A stretch of 64,000 nucleotides of DNA from contig CAVRBU010000003.1 of NCBI GenBank assembly GCA_963719315.1, forward strand, positions 384,001 to 448,000. The letters are read 5' to 3'. Shown here piece by piece: positions 30,477-41,323 of this stretch. Numbering within the stretch: the first letter of the stretch is position 1; each line of letters opens with the position of its first letter. Origin of the DNA: an uncultured Planctomycetota bacterium. GTDB lineage: Bacteria > Planctomycetota > Planctomycetia > Pirellulales > Lacipirellulaceae. A model generated the notes under the pieces. That model was not told the origin of the DNA and did no database searches. It was given only the letters and a program-made list of their open reading frames with translations. Made by a program: the position numbers and the translations under genes.

Positions 30477-31286
30477 TCAGCGGCTTTGCGGCTTTGCGTG
30501 AGATACGGTTGGCAAATTCGCTGCGAGCCAGGCGCGGAGGCGGGCCGCGTCGGTGCCGCGCGGCGAAGGATCGCTCGCGAACAAAATGTGGCCATCCGTG
30601 CCGACGACGACCATGCGGTTCGGCCAGCCGGCATACGCCCGGCCGACCTGGTTGTCGATCGCATCCACGGCGATCGGCATGCTGAGTTTCAACGTCCGCC
30701 CGCAAGCGGTCGCGGCCGCCGTGCGCTCATCGGACGTCGCGGCCTGCGGAATTTTCGTGAGCGTTGCCGTTCGCTGGCCATCGACGAGCGACAGCACCGA
30801 ATCGGGATGCGCCTCGCGGATGTAGACGAACAAGAATTTGGCCTGATCGCGGAAGTCGCGGTAGACGTCGTCAATCCCTTCCAATGCACGGCGGAACGGC
30901 GGGCAAGTGACGCTGCCGAAGATGAGCACGACGGGTTTTTGCGAGCGCAATTCTTTGAGCGAAACCGTCCGGGGACTGTCCTCCTTGCCCTTGGCCTTGA
31001 TGCTTTGATTTGTGTCGCGCCCATTTCGCTTGCCGCGCTCGGCGATTGCCTTCGCCTCCTCCGTCCCATTCGCGAGTGGGAGAGTAAATTCTGGCGCGGC
31101 CGCGCCAATCTGCAACTGATCGCGCCACCGCTCACTCAAATCCGGGGCCGTAATGATCTCGCCAGGCTTGGCTCCTTGCCGCGCGCCCCGCGCCCGCGTC
31201 GCGCGATCGGGCGGCTGGGCCCATGACGGCGCAATCGCTGGAACGGAAACCAGCATAACAAATAGCGACAAGACGGTGACACGCAT
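30477..31286 (-). CDS. Deiodinase-like thioredoxin-fold protein (Cys form), secreted
   Basis: APEFTL, PVVLIFGSVTCPPF, YIREAHP, YAGWPNR; signal peptide. Confidence 0.8.
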   Translation of the reverse strand: MRVTVLSLFVMLVSVPAIAPSWAQPPDRATRARGARQGAKPGEIITAPDLSERWRDQLQIGAAAPEFTLPLANGTEEAKAIAERGKRNGRDTNQSIKAKGKEDSPRTVSLKELRSQKPVVLIFGSVTCPPFRRALEGIDDVYRDFRDQAKFLFVYIREAHPDSVLSLVDGQRTATLTKIPQAATSDERTAAATACGRTLKLSMPIAVDAIDNQVGRAYAGWPNRMVVVGTDGHILFASDPSPRGTDAARLRAWLAANLPTVSHAKPQSR

Positions 31287-31483
31287 GGCGGCACCCCCGT
31301 TAGAGATTCGCATTGAATTGCCTGCTCAGTAAACACCGGAAGTTAAATATTGTTTCGGATGAAATTCATAGGCTTCACTGACTTTGGCCCTGCCAGACGC
31401 GGCGAAGCAAATAGCGTATAATCGTTTAAGGGCACGTTCACGGAGAAGGAATTGTACCCGTCTTGCCGCGGAGAAGCTTCACT

Positions 31484-31750
31484 ATGAATCGCCAGCCACG
31501 ATACAGCAAGGAAGAGCATGCCCAGCGGGGGGAGGACGTGTACGAGCAACGACTGCGTGCCCAACTCGAACCGGACAAAGACGGCAAGATCGTCGCAATT
31601 GACGTCGATACTGGCGAGTACGAGGTGGCCGAGAAGGTGCTCGCGGCATCCCAGCGGTTGCTAGCCCGTTTGCCGGATGCTCAAGTTTGGTGTGTCCGGA
31701 TCGGCCACCGCGCGGTACACCGCTTTGGTCCCCGCTCCACGAGCGCTTAG
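31484..31750 (+). CDS. Small DUF5678-like partner of an aspartic protease
   Basis: RGEDVYE...GKIVAIDVDTGEY...RIG. Confidence 0.65.
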   Translation: MNRQPRYSKEEHAQRGEDVYEQRLRAQLEPDKDGKIVAIDVDTGEYEVAEKVLAASQRLLARLPDAQVWCVRIGHRAVHRFGPRSTSA

Positions 31751-31751
31751 C

Positions 31752-32121
31752 ATGATTTCCGGGACGGTCACTGATTTATTGGAAGCGACAGTCTCGCTGG
31801 AGGTGCGTGGCGACGACGGGAAATCGCATCCAGTTACGGCAATTATTGATACGGGCTTTAGCGGCGAACTGACTTTATCGCAATCGCTGATCGATTCCCT
31901 CCAGTTGCCGTAGCTATGTCGCCAACAAGGCATACTTGCCGACGGCAGCTTGCGCACGTTCGATGTCTACACGGGAATAATCGTGTGGGACAATCGCGAG
32001 CGAATCATCGAGATCGAGTCTGCAGAAATCGATCCGCTACTTGGTATGTCATTGTTAGAGGGTAACCAAGTTGCATTGGATGTGCGCAGGTGGCAAGGTG
32101 ACGATAGAAAAAGGCACATAA
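31752..32121 (+). pseudogene. Clan AA (retropepsin-like) aspartic protease
   Basis: IIDTGFSG, LADGS, PLLGMSLL; in-frame TAG at 31911-31913 and a probable frameshift at about 32087. Confidence 0.75.
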
Positions 32122-32127
32122 TCTGTT

Positions 32128-32544
32128 ATGAGTGCGGCAACTTCGGGTAGGCCCGATCGACGCTATCTGAACCTCGTGCGCCAATTTCCGCTGCGGCCGA
32201 TTCGCAGCAAGCGTGATCTGGACCGGGCGATGAAGATCGCCGGCCACCTGGCGACCTATGACGAGAAAACGCTGCCCCCCGGCGAGCAGGACTACCTGGA
32301 TGCACTCACCGTATTCAACGAAGACTACCAGCGACGGCATCCAGTGGATTTGCCCGAGGTGACACCGCTAGCGATGCTCAAGCACCTGATGGAACAGCAC
32401 GGCATGAATGTCACCGAGCTGGGCCGCATCATCGGCAGCCAGTCGAATGCAGCCCTCATACTGTCCGGCAAGCGGGCGATTAGCAAGCACGTGATGGGGT
32501 TGTTGAGCGAGTACTTCGGAGTGGCGCGCGGGGTGTTTGTGTGA
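32128..32544 (+). CDS. HigA-like HTH antitoxin (no adjacent toxin)
   Basis: FPLRPIRS...LKHLMEQHGMNVTELGRIIGSQS...ILSGKRAIS. Confidence 0.8.
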   Translation: MSAATSGRPDRRYLNLVRQFPLRPIRSKRDLDRAMKIAGHLATYDEKTLPPGEQDYLDALTVFNEDYQRRHPVDLPEVTPLAMLKHLMEQHGMNVTELGRIIGSQSNAALILSGKRAISKHVMGLLSEYFGVARGVFV

Positions 32545-32613
32545 TGGAACCGCTCCGACGCGCCGATATTCGACAACGCATTGCCTCCTCTTATTAATCC
32601 GGCGAGGATACGG

Positions 32614-33027
32614 TCATCGTGGTTCAATGCCATTCATTTTCGCCTGCTCGTTCCAGTACTCACGGCTGCAAAACTCTGGAACGATCTTCAATTCCATGTT
32701 TGCTCGATCCACTAACTTGGACATGAGAATCGCGTACATTTCGCCCGTATTTGAATCTCGGTGCGTTGTGACAATCTCCTCACTCACATCTTCACCAATC
32801 TTCAAATAATCATGGCTATATGTTGGAATCGGGTTAGCATCGAACATGTCGAACAGCATTGCCGGTGTTGGCCTGAGATAATTTACACCAATAACACTTT
32901 CCGACACATCCCTGATCCTCCCTTGCTTCCGCATCTCTTCCCACCAGCGCTTTGTCACAGTACGACACTGCCCGTTCGACAATTGAATTTGCTTCTTTTC
33001 GCCGAACAACCAATCCCAGAAACCCAT
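32614..33027 (-). CDS. Hypothetical protein
   Basis: AT-richer ORF beginning MGFWDWLFG. Confidence 0.55.
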   Translation of the reverse strand: MGFWDWLFGEKKQIQLSNGQCRTVTKRWWEEMRKQGRIRDVSESVIGVNYLRPTPAMLFDMFDANPIPTYSHDYLKIGEDVSEEIVTTHRDSNTGEMYAILMSKLVDRANMELKIVPEFCSREYWNEQAKMNGIEPR

Positions 33028-33073
33028 TGAGCATCGCATGACAGTGTTTGACCATTTGTGCTTGCAGGTTGCC

Positions 33074-33610
33074 TTAAATCGAATTTTCCGAAACTATCGA
33101 TACGTTGACGATAGCCGAATACTTGAATGGAAATCTCAACAATACCTGATCTGACGTTTTATCAATGATATCCTTGGAAACCGCCGACCAAAGGTCTGCT
33201 GATAAATTGGCATCAAGGAAATTATCTTCGAGCGTGCGCAAGGCAGTAGCACAATCGCCTCCGTTGATCGCAGCTTGACGTCGAAGTGACTGAAGGTCGT
33301 CAGGCGGAATGTACCGCGGGCCATAATCTAATATGTGACACCACACGAGACTGTCGATGTAAGCGACGATATCTCTGGTATCAACGTCAATTACATGAAG
33401 GTATTGGCCAACCTCGACACGGAGAGAAGAGTTATTTTGAACACCCCAGACAACTTGGTCGTCGCTCAGCTTGCCCTCCTCTATAAGCTTGTCGTAAAGC
33501 TTTCGCTGAGCAGCCTTTATCGTTGGGTTATCCCTATATGAACCGAGATCCAGGTTTATGGGCCCGGCAAATTCTCGCAGATCGTAGCCTTGAGTTGTTC
33601 GAACTCGCAT
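33074..33610 (-). CDS. Hypothetical protein (faint DUF3841-like pattern)
   Basis: AT-richer ORF; MRVRTTQ...QVVWG...IDSLVWCHILD; start uncertain. Confidence 0.5.
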   Translation of the reverse strand: MRVRTTQGYDLREFAGPINLDLGSYRDNPTIKAAQRKLYDKLIEEGKLSDDQVVWGVQNNSSLRVEVGQYLHVIDVDTRDIVAYIDSLVWCHILDYGPRYIPPDDLQSLRRQAAINGGDCATALRTLEDNFLDANLSADLWSAVSKDIIDKTSDQVLLRFPFKYSAIVNVSIVSENSI

Positions 33611-33635
33611 TTTGGAATTCGTGGGTATCGGCCCG

Positions 33636-33848
33636 TTAACGCGCAATATCTCGAACCTTTGGAACGAAGTGTTCATAGGCAGCCCTGCCTTCGACGGTAA
33701 ATGAGATGTCCTCTGTTGCCAATGGCGAAAGAGCGGACTTGGGGACGAGAGTGTACCCGTCGTCAAACGTCTTGAACGGAAACCGGCCGGCAAGATAGCC
33801 GAGCGCCTTACGTTCCGAGTCCGAATTGGGAAAGCGGACTTTGATCAT
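33636..33848 (-). CDS. Small hypothetical protein
   Basis: MIKVRFPNSDSERKALGYLAGRFPFKTF... Confidence 0.55.
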   Translation of the reverse strand: MIKVRFPNSDSERKALGYLAGRFPFKTFDDGYTLVPKSALSPLATEDISFTVEGRAAYEHFVPKVRDIAR

Positions 33849-33897
33849 ATTTTGAGCATACGCGCATCCAACGCTGCAACAAGATGACATAACAAGT

Positions 33898-36249
33898 CTA
33901 CTGGTTCAGCGAATACAACAGCACGTTCAGCCCAATCCGTGCGGCGTCTTGTTGGGTGTAGCCGCGGCAGCCGATGGCTTCGTGGCTTTCCAGCGCGCAG
34001 CTGATGTCGTACGGCGAAAAGATCACGGCCCAGCGGCCATCGAGTTGAATGCCTTCGAGTTGCGGCTCGACCTGACGGACGCGGGCGGCGATCGGTTGTT
34101 TGCCATCTCCGGCCGCTTCGGGGTCGCGGAGGGAGACGTTGCGAATGTCGTAGCCACCGTAGGCATTCGTGAAGAGCGGGTCGTTGATCGGGATGCGTGA
34201 AAACGTGTGGCCGGCGAGCGCGGCAGTGACTTCGCGGCGGAAAGCGGCGGCGAACGGTTTGCTCGCGCAGATCGAATCGGCGAGCAGCGTGCCGCCGCGT
34301 TCGAGGTATTGGCGGAGTTGCGTGCGCTCGGCGTCGGTGAGGTGGAAGTCGTAGCGGCCGTGCATGAATGCCAGGTGATAGCGGAACAGGCTGGGGTCGC
34401 TGATGTTGATCAGGTCAGGGGCGGCGCGGACTTGAAGTTTCAGCTCGCCTTGTGAGGCGGTGCGGAGCAGGTTGAGGAGCGCGCCGGGCGCGTCGTTGCA
34501 GCCGCCGCCGTGGCGGAGCTTGGCGATTTCGATCACTCCGCGGGTGGTTCCGTCCGCTGAAGCGGCCTCGCCGGCGGGCGTGTCGAAGCTTTGTTCTTTG
34601 CCTTTGGGTTCGCGGTTGGTGGCGTAGGTGAGGATGTTGACGCCGATGGCCAGCGCGTCGGCGATATGTTGGACGACATCGGCCGGATAGTGATTCCATT
34701 GGCCAGGGCGAGCAAGCTCCCAGTAACATGACAAGTCCTGATCGCAGTAGACGACGCACGTGCGGCAACCGTATTCCACGCCATACAAATGACCGGCGTA
34801 GGGCGAGTCGGGCCGGACCATGTCTTGCATTCGCCACACGGGATGGCCGGGCGGTATCGGTTGCAGTTTGTACTCGGACTCCGGGAAAACGGCAGACATC
34901 AATTGTCGAAACGCCGAGTCAAAACGGCTCGAATCGGTACAGCAGGCTTCGGCGCAGATGAAGCCGCCGCGGTCGACATAGTCGCGCAGCTTCTGCGCGT
35001 GAGGCTGCAAACTCGGCGCCTGGCTGCCGCTGATGTAGAGCACCGGCGCTTGCAACAAATCTTCGACGCTGGCCTTCGCGGGATCCATCACCTGCCAGGT
35101 TAGGCCGAGGCCCCAGGCGTCTTCGGCGTACTCGGTCAGGTGGGCGGCGTCTCGGCGGTGTTGGTTCCAGGCGTCGCCTTCGCCGTACTTGACCTTGGCC
35201 ATGACGACGGGGCGGCGGCCCTTCGACAGGAACAATAGGGCCATCGCGGTGCTGATGCGCGGCTCGCGCTCGGCGTACCAAGTTCCCTTCCAATAATGCG
35301 AGAGGGAATCTTGTTCGCGGGCGAGGAACTCCGCGCCTTCACGGTACCAATCGTGGTCGCCGATGAAGCGGTGGGCGGTGAGGCGGCCGGCGCGTTCGAC
35401 GCCGTACAGATAATAGTAGAGACACGCCTGGCCGCCACCGGCGGGGCGCGGGTTGTGATTGACCGAGAAGTGCGTGGCCAGCCAACCGATCGCGCGGTCG
35501 AGCTTGTCGTCGACATCGTGCGGCCGGCAACAAATCACGCGGCCGTTTTCGACGGTTGCGTCGCCCGACTCCAGCGCGGCCGACGAGACGGCCAAGCCGC
35601 CGATGCCGGCGCAAGTCATGCTACCGGTGCCGGAATCGCCCGGCACGTAGCCCCACGAGCCGTCTTCGTTCTGCGTGGTGCGCCAATAGTTGGCGGCGAG
35701 AACCCAAGTGTCGTGGCTGACATCGGCGCCGATTCGCTGCGCGTCAAACAACGCCAGCACGGCGAATTGCGAGTTGCTGTTGTCGCCGCCGGGTCCGGGA
35801 TAGGACCACGCACCCTTCCGCTGGCCGTCTTTGATTTGATGCTCCTCCAGCCACTTCACGTTGCGGCGGATATCGAGCATATCTCTTTTCGGCTCCGCGG
35901 CGCAGAGAACCATCGTCTGCAGCGAAACCGTATACGTTTTGTCGGGTTCGAGGCTACGCAGATATTTGATACCCTGCTGCACGACCGGGTCGTCGACGGG
36001 TACGCCGGAATTGATGAGCGCGAGCGTGCAGAGGGCCGTGACGCCCCCTTCGTAACCGGGCAATTCGCCCCACCGGCCGCGCGGTTGCTGGTCGCGCTTG
36101 AGGTAGGCAACTCCGCGATCGATCGACTCGATGACTTGGGCGGCGTCGATCGGCCGTTCTTGCGGTTTTTGAGCTAGCGTTCTGGCGGGCGCTACAATTG
36201 TTACGATCGGCAAGATCGCAACGAAGGATAGCGCCGGGTGAAGTCGCAT
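33898..36249 (-). CDS. DUF4159 protein with a prenyltransferase/squalene-cyclase-like N-terminal barrel
   Basis: GDNSNSQFA, QNEDGSWGY, SMTCAG, YYLYGVER; two DUF4159-like halves (LRDYVDRGG, LRQYLERGG). Confidence 0.8.
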   Translation of the reverse strand: MRLHPALSFVAILPIVTIVAPARTLAQKPQERPIDAAQVIESIDRGVAYLKRDQQPRGRWGELPGYEGGVTALCTLALINSGVPVDDPVVQQGIKYLRSLEPDKTYTVSLQTMVLCAAEPKRDMLDIRRNVKWLEEHQIKDGQRKGAWSYPGPGGDNSNSQFAVLALFDAQRIGADVSHDTWVLAANYWRTTQNEDGSWGYVPGDSGTGSMTCAGIGGLAVSSAALESGDATVENGRVICCRPHDVDDKLDRAIGWLATHFSVNHNPRPAGGGQACLYYYLYGVERAGRLTAHRFIGDHDWYREGAEFLAREQDSLSHYWKGTWYAEREPRISTAMALLFLSKGRRPVVMAKVKYGEGDAWNQHRRDAAHLTEYAEDAWGLGLTWQVMDPAKASVEDLLQAPVLYISGSQAPSLQPHAQKLRDYVDRGGFICAEACCTDSSRFDSAFRQLMSAVFPESEYKLQPIPPGHPVWRMQDMVRPDSPYAGHLYGVEYGCRTCVVYCDQDLSCYWELARPGQWNHYPADVVQHIADALAIGVNILTYATNREPKGKEQSFDTPAGEAASADGTTRGVIEIAKLRHGGGCNDAPGALLNLLRTASQGELKLQVRAAPDLINISDPSLFRYHLAFMHGRYDFHLTDAERTQLRQYLERGGTLLADSICASKPFAAAFRREVTAALAGHTFSRIPINDPLFTNAYGGYDIRNVSLRDPEAAGDGKQPIAARVRQVEPQLEGIQLDGRWAVIFSPYDISCALESHEAIGCRGYTQQDAARIGLNVLLYSLNQ

Positions 36250-36378
36250 ATCGCATCCTTGGCGGCCGGCGGGGCACATCGTCCGTAAGTAGTTTACGTT
36301 TCAGAGGTTGAAGCGGCAACGCGCTGCTGGCCGGGCGATTGTCGCTGTTGCAAGGCACCGATAGAATGCGGTTGGCGG

Positions 36379-36476
36379 CGGTCCGTTGTCGGTTGTCCGT
36401 GGTCCGTTGTTTCGCCACGGAATGCAACCCCCGAACCAATTTAACAACGGACATCGGACAACGGACTACTAACTAA
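36379..36476. repeat. Heptamer inverted repeat (GTCCGTT / AACGGAC)
   Basis: GTCCGTTGTCGGTTGTCCGTGGTCCGTTG ... CAACGGACATCGGACAACGGAC. Confidence 0.7.
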
Positions 36477-36480
36477 TCTT

Positions 36481-37527
36481 ATGTCAACTTCCACGCCGCC
36501 GACGACGCCCCCGACAAAGACGCGCAATTTGGGCGACGTGTTGCAGGAGTTTCGCAACCATCGCATGATCATGCAGCGCGAACTGCAGAAGGTGATCGTC
36601 GGGCAGGACCTGGTGATCGAGCAAATCTTCGCGGCGATTTTCACGCGCGGCCATTGCTTGCTGGTCGGCGTGCCGGGGTTGGCGAAGACGCTCATCGTGA
36701 GCACGCTCGCCCAGATTCTCGATTTACAATTCAAGCGCATTCAGTTCACGCCCGATTTGATGCCCTCCGACATCACGGGCACGAGCGTGTTGGAAGAGGA
36801 TGCCGAGGGACGGCGGTCGTTTCGCTTTGTGGAAGGGCCGATTTTCACGAACATCCTGCTGGCCGATGAAATCAACCGCACGCCGCCCAAGACGCAGGCC
36901 GCGCTGTTGCAGGCGATGCAGGAGCGCGAGGTGACGGCCGGGCAATCGACGTACTCGCTGCCGAATCCGTTCTTCACGATCGCGACGCAGAACCCGATCG
37001 AGCAGGAAGGCACATACCCGTTGCCCGAAGCACAGCTCGACCGGTTCATGTTCAACATCAAAGTCGATTACCCGTCGGTCGCGGAGGAAGAACAGATTCT
37101 CACGGCGACGACGCGGCAGGACAAGCCCGAAGTGAACAAGGTCCTGTCGGAGCGAGCGATATTGAACTTGCAGAAGTTGGTCGGCTCGGTTGCGGTCAGC
37201 GAGCACATTATCAAGTATGCCGCGTCGGTCGTGAGGGCGACGCGGCCAAAGGATGCATCGGCGCCGAAGTTCGTGCAGGAGCTCGTCGATTGGGGCGCGG
37301 GGCCGCGGGCCGGGCAATTTCTCATCCACGGCGGCAAAGCGCTCGCGGCGATGGACGGACGATTCAGCGTGTCGATCGACGACGTGCAGAAAGTCGCCGT
37401 GCCGGTGCTGCGGCATCGGATCAGCACGAACTTCCAAGCACAAGCCGAAGGGATGACGGCCGAGGATGTGATCGCGCGGCTGTTGCGCGAGATCCCGGTG
37501 CCGGTGATCCCGAAGTTTGTTGGATGA
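36481..37527 (+). CDS. moxR: MoxR-family AAA+ ATPase
   Basis: [49 protein letters not shown]. Confidence 0.95.
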   Translation: MSTSTPPTTPPTKTRNLGDVLQEFRNHRMIMQRELQKVIVGQDLVIEQIFAAIFTRGHCLLVGVPGLAKTLIVSTLAQILDLQFKRIQFTPDLMPSDITGTSVLEEDAEGRRSFRFVEGPIFTNILLADEINRTPPKTQAALLQAMQEREVTAGQSTYSLPNPFFTIATQNPIEQEGTYPLPEAQLDRFMFNIKVDYPSVAEEEQILTATTRQDKPEVNKVLSERAILNLQKLVGSVAVSEHIIKYAASVVRATRPKDASAPKFVQELVDWGAGPRAGQFLIHGGKALAAMDGRFSVSIDDVQKVAVPVLRHRISTNFQAQAEGMTAEDVIARLLREIPVPVIPKFVG

Positions 37528-37614
37528 TGGATGCGGGATGCGGGGGGGCAGGGAAATACACTCGAATATCACGTACTTATTTCCTCCACCCCGCATCCTG
37601 CATCCTCAACACTC

Positions 37615-38508
37615 ATGTCCACCGTTGAAAAATATCTGAAGCCCGAAGTCATTCGGCAGATTTCACGGCTGGATTTGCGCGCGCAATTCATTGTGCGGGG
37701 GTTTTTGCACGGGCTGCACGCCAGCCCGTACCACGGCTTCTCCGTCGAATTCAGCGAGCATCGCAAGTACACGCCGGGCGACGACCCGCACGATATCGAT
37801 TGGCTGGTCTACGCCAAAACGAACAAGTATTACGTCAAAAAATTCGAGGCCGAGACGAACATCACCGGCTACCTGGCGATGGATCTCAGCGAGTCGATGG
37901 CGTACACGTATCGACAGGAGTTGACGAAATTCGACTACGCGATTTGCGTGGCGGCCGCGCTGGCGTATTTGATGATTCATCAGAGCGATCCCGTGGGGGT
38001 CGTGACATTCGCCGAGCGGATCTCAAATTACTTGCCGCCGAAAAGTAAGCGACAACAGATCGGCAATATCCTGTCGCTGCTCGCGCGGCTGCGGCCGGCG
38101 GGAAAGACGGACGTGGCGCGGAGCCTCGTGCAACTCGCCGCGATGCTGAAACACTCCAGCCTGGTGATGATCTTCAGCGATTTGCTGGCCGACCCGGAGC
38201 CGATCATTACGGCGCTGCGGCGGCTGCGGCACGGCGGGCACGACGTGATCCTGTTTCACATTTTGGACGAAGCCGAGGTGAAGTTTCCGTTTTCTGGGCT
38301 CGTGGAACTCGAGGAGCCGGAGACGCACGTGCGATTGGAGTTGGATGCGGACAGTTACCGCCGCGACTACTTGCAGGAGATCGAGCAGTTCCGCGAGACG
38401 TACCGCCGCGAGTGCTTTCAGAGCGGCATCGATTACGTGCCGCTCGATACGAGCATGCCGTTCGACCGGGCGCTGACGGAGTATTTGTTGATGCGGCAAT
38501 CGCGGTAA
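37615..38508 (+). CDS. DUF58 protein
   Basis: GFSVEFSEHRKYTPGDD..IDW, KKFEAET, DLSESM. Confidence 0.92.
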   Translation: MSTVEKYLKPEVIRQISRLDLRAQFIVRGFLHGLHASPYHGFSVEFSEHRKYTPGDDPHDIDWLVYAKTNKYYVKKFEAETNITGYLAMDLSESMAYTYRQELTKFDYAICVAAALAYLMIHQSDPVGVVTFAERISNYLPPKSKRQQIGNILSLLARLRPAGKTDVARSLVQLAAMLKHSSLVMIFSDLLADPEPIITALRRLRHGGHDVILFHILDEAEVKFPFSGLVELEEPETHVRLELDADSYRRDYLQEIEQFRETYRRECFQSGIDYVPLDTSMPFDRALTEYLLMRQSR

Positions 38509-38519
38509 TGCGTTTTGGA

Positions 38520-38669
38520 GCCAAAGAGGACGCAAAGAAGAGACTTCAGATTTGTCATTGGTAATTGGTAATTTGAAATTGGTCATTTCAGATATGGCCA
38601 ATGACAAATGACCACTTTGCAATGACAAATTTCTATTCTTCATTCCATCGCCTGTGTAGTCTCTGTGGC
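38520..38669. repeat. Composite nested palindrome, copy A
   Basis: 81-bp heptamer core ATTTGTCATTGG...AATGACAAAT (38550-38630) inside outer GCCAAAGAG/CTCTGTGGC arms. Confidence 0.85.
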
Positions 38670-38692
38670 AAAGACTTTTGGGAAGTATCGAG

Positions 38693-40899
38693 ATGGGCTT
38701 CGTAACACCAGCTTTGCTCGCCGGCGCGGCGCTTGTAGCGTTGCCGATCGTGCTGCATCTCATCATGCGGCGGGAGTCGAAGCTGCTCAAGTTTCCCGCG
38801 TTGCGGTTCGTGCAGCAGAGGCGAATGTTGAACCAGCATCGGCTGCGGTTGAGGCAGTGGCTGCTCTTGGCGCTGCGGTGCGCGATTATCGCATTTTTGG
38901 CGTTTGCTCTGGCGCGGCCGACCTTGCGCGGGTCGATTGGTGCCGGCAAGGAGGGCGCGGCCGTGGCGTCGGCGCTCGTGTTTGATAACTCGCTGCGGAT
39001 GCAGTACGAGAGCGACAACCAAACGCGGTTGCAGAAGGCGAAGGAGCTGGCCGGCTGGCTCGTCAATCAACTGCCGGCCGATAGTCCGGTGACGATCGTC
39101 GATCGGGCCGGCCAACAACGGGGGCAGGATTTGACCCGCGACGCGGTCGAAATGCGGATTGAGCGGTTGGACCTGAGCGCGGCCGTGCGGCCGATGGAGG
39201 ATGCGCTCCGCGACGCCACGCGTTGGCTACAGAGCAAAAAGGATTATCGCGGCGAGATATATGTGTTTACCGATTTGTCGGCCGAAGCCTGGCCGGAGGC
39301 GACGGTCGCCGCGTTCGCCAAGTCGCTCGATGAAATGCCCGGTGCGAACGTTTATTTGGTGGATGTAGGGGCGCTCGAGCCGAAAGATCGCGGGTTGGGA
39401 GCGCTAAAGCTTTCGGGGCAGCAGGTTGCGTCCAGCGGGCTGCTTCAATTAACGACCGAGTTGTTGACGACTGGCGCGGCGGGCAAGGAGCCGGAAACCA
39501 CAGTCGAGCTGTTCATGGGCGATCGCGCGGAAAAGCCCGAGAAACGCGGACAGCAAATCGTTGTGAATCACGATCCCTCGACGCCCGTCGAGTTTTCGCT
39601 CTCGGGATTGGAGCCGGGCACGCACCAGGGTTTTGTGCGGATCGTGGGGCGCGACGCCCTGCCCTGCGACGATGTGCGCTACTTCACGGTCGACGTGCGG
39701 CCGCCAAGCAAAGTTTTATTGCTGGGCGAAAAAGCGGCCGACACGCTCTTCCTGCACGAAGCGCTCGCGCCCACGGCCGCAGTTGGCGTGGCCCAATCGG
39801 AGTTCGCCTGCGACGTGCGGCAGTACAGCGAGGTTGGCAAAGCACGCTTGGCGGATTATGCGGCCGTGTTTCTGGTGAATCCGCCGCCGCTGCCGAATGC
39901 GGTCTGGGATTCACTGGCAGATTTTTCCGAAGCGGGCGGCGGCGTGGGGATTTCGTTGGGTCGCAATGCACGCCGCGAAGAAATGAACGGCAGCGAAGCC
40001 CAGCGGCTGCTGCCGGCCAAGCTGCGCTGGCAATCGCACGAGCCGACTTACTTGCGGCCGGTCGCCGTCGAGCATCCGGCGCTCAGCAGTTTGGCGGGAA
40101 TGGCCGATAGCGTGCCGTGGTCTGAGTTTCCGGTGTTCAAGTATTGGGAATTGGAGCCGGGCGCGGTGACGGCCGACGTTGTAGCCACGTTTGCCAACGG
40201 CAAGCCGGCGATCGTGGAGCGGCAAATTGGCACGGGCCGCGTGCTGATGATGACGACTTCGATTTCCGATAACGCCTCGGACAATCCGTGGAATCTGCTG
40301 CCGACGGCGCCCGACCCGTGGCCGTTCATTGCGCTCGCGAATGGATTGGCCCGCTATTTGACGGCGCGGGCCAATCGCAAGTGAATTACCTGGCCGGCCA
40401 GACGGTCGTGTTGCCGCTTGCGCCCGATGAGCAGGTGTCTAGCTACGTGCTGCAATTGCCCGATTCGAGCGCGGTGCGGCAATCGCTGGCGGCGGGGCAG
40501 CACGATCTTTCGATCTCGTCGGCCGATGCGGTGGGCAATTATCGAGTTCGCGCCGGTGGCGAGAACGAGCGGCTCGACCGCGGCTTTAGCGTGAACGCGC
40601 CGGCTGAAGTGGGCCGGTTGGAACGCGTCGAGGCGCCGGAGCTTGTAAAAAGTTTGGGAAGCGAACGGACGCGCATCGCTCGGACGCGCAACGAGATTGA
40701 GCTGCGCGTGGGCGTGGGGCGAATCGGCCGAGAGCTCTTTCCGGTCCTTATTTTGGCGGTAGCGCTGATCATGGCGGCCGAGCAATTGTTGGCCAATCGA
40801 TTTTATGAATCCGTGGGCGAAACGCGTTCCCAAGCTCCGCGTGGCAATGCACTAACTGGAAGTACCGCGTCCTATGACGATGTAGTTCATACAAGTTAG
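38693..40899 (+). CDS. BatA N-terminal/vWA domain membrane protein (frameshift at about 40364)
   Basis: LPIVLHL...FPALRF...LALRC...ALARP, DNSLRM; continues in ORF 40288-40899 to a C-terminal TM (AAEQLL). Confidence 0.8.
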
Positions 40900-40998
40900 C
40901 GGTACAAGCGCCAGAGCGCGATAAGGAATTGCGTCCTGGACAATGTGCGGAAAGCTTCGGGCTGAGGTTAAGGGAAAGCTGTGAGCGGAGTTACAACA

Positions 40999-41247
40999 AT
41001 GAGCAATCCGAAGAAGCGATATTGGTTTCCCGCGAAGCGTTACGGATGGGGTTGGGGGCTGCCCGCGACGTGGCAGGGATGGGTCGTTTTCATAATTTGG
41101 ATTGCAATAATCGTTCTCGCATCGCCGTGGCTGGCAATCCGCAGCCTTCCATGGTTCTTTTCGTTTATCGCAATGATGACTGCAATTCTGATTGCAATCT
41201 GCTACATCAAGGGAGAGCCTCCACGTTGGCGCTGGGGCGGAGAATAA
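40999..41247 (+). CDS. Small 2-TM membrane protein
   Basis: YWFPAKRYGWGWGLPATWQGW...KGEPPRWRWG; AT-richer than the operon. Confidence 0.75.
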   Translation: MSNPKKRYWFPAKRYGWGWGLPATWQGWVVFIIWIAIIVLASPWLAIRSLPWFFSFIAMMTAILIAICYIKGEPPRWRWGGE

Positions 41248-41323
41248 TTACCACAGCAACAAAGTAATCAGCCAATACCAGGCGGTGCGTTCCCACACGA
41301 ATCGTGGGAATGAGGATCTTTGC

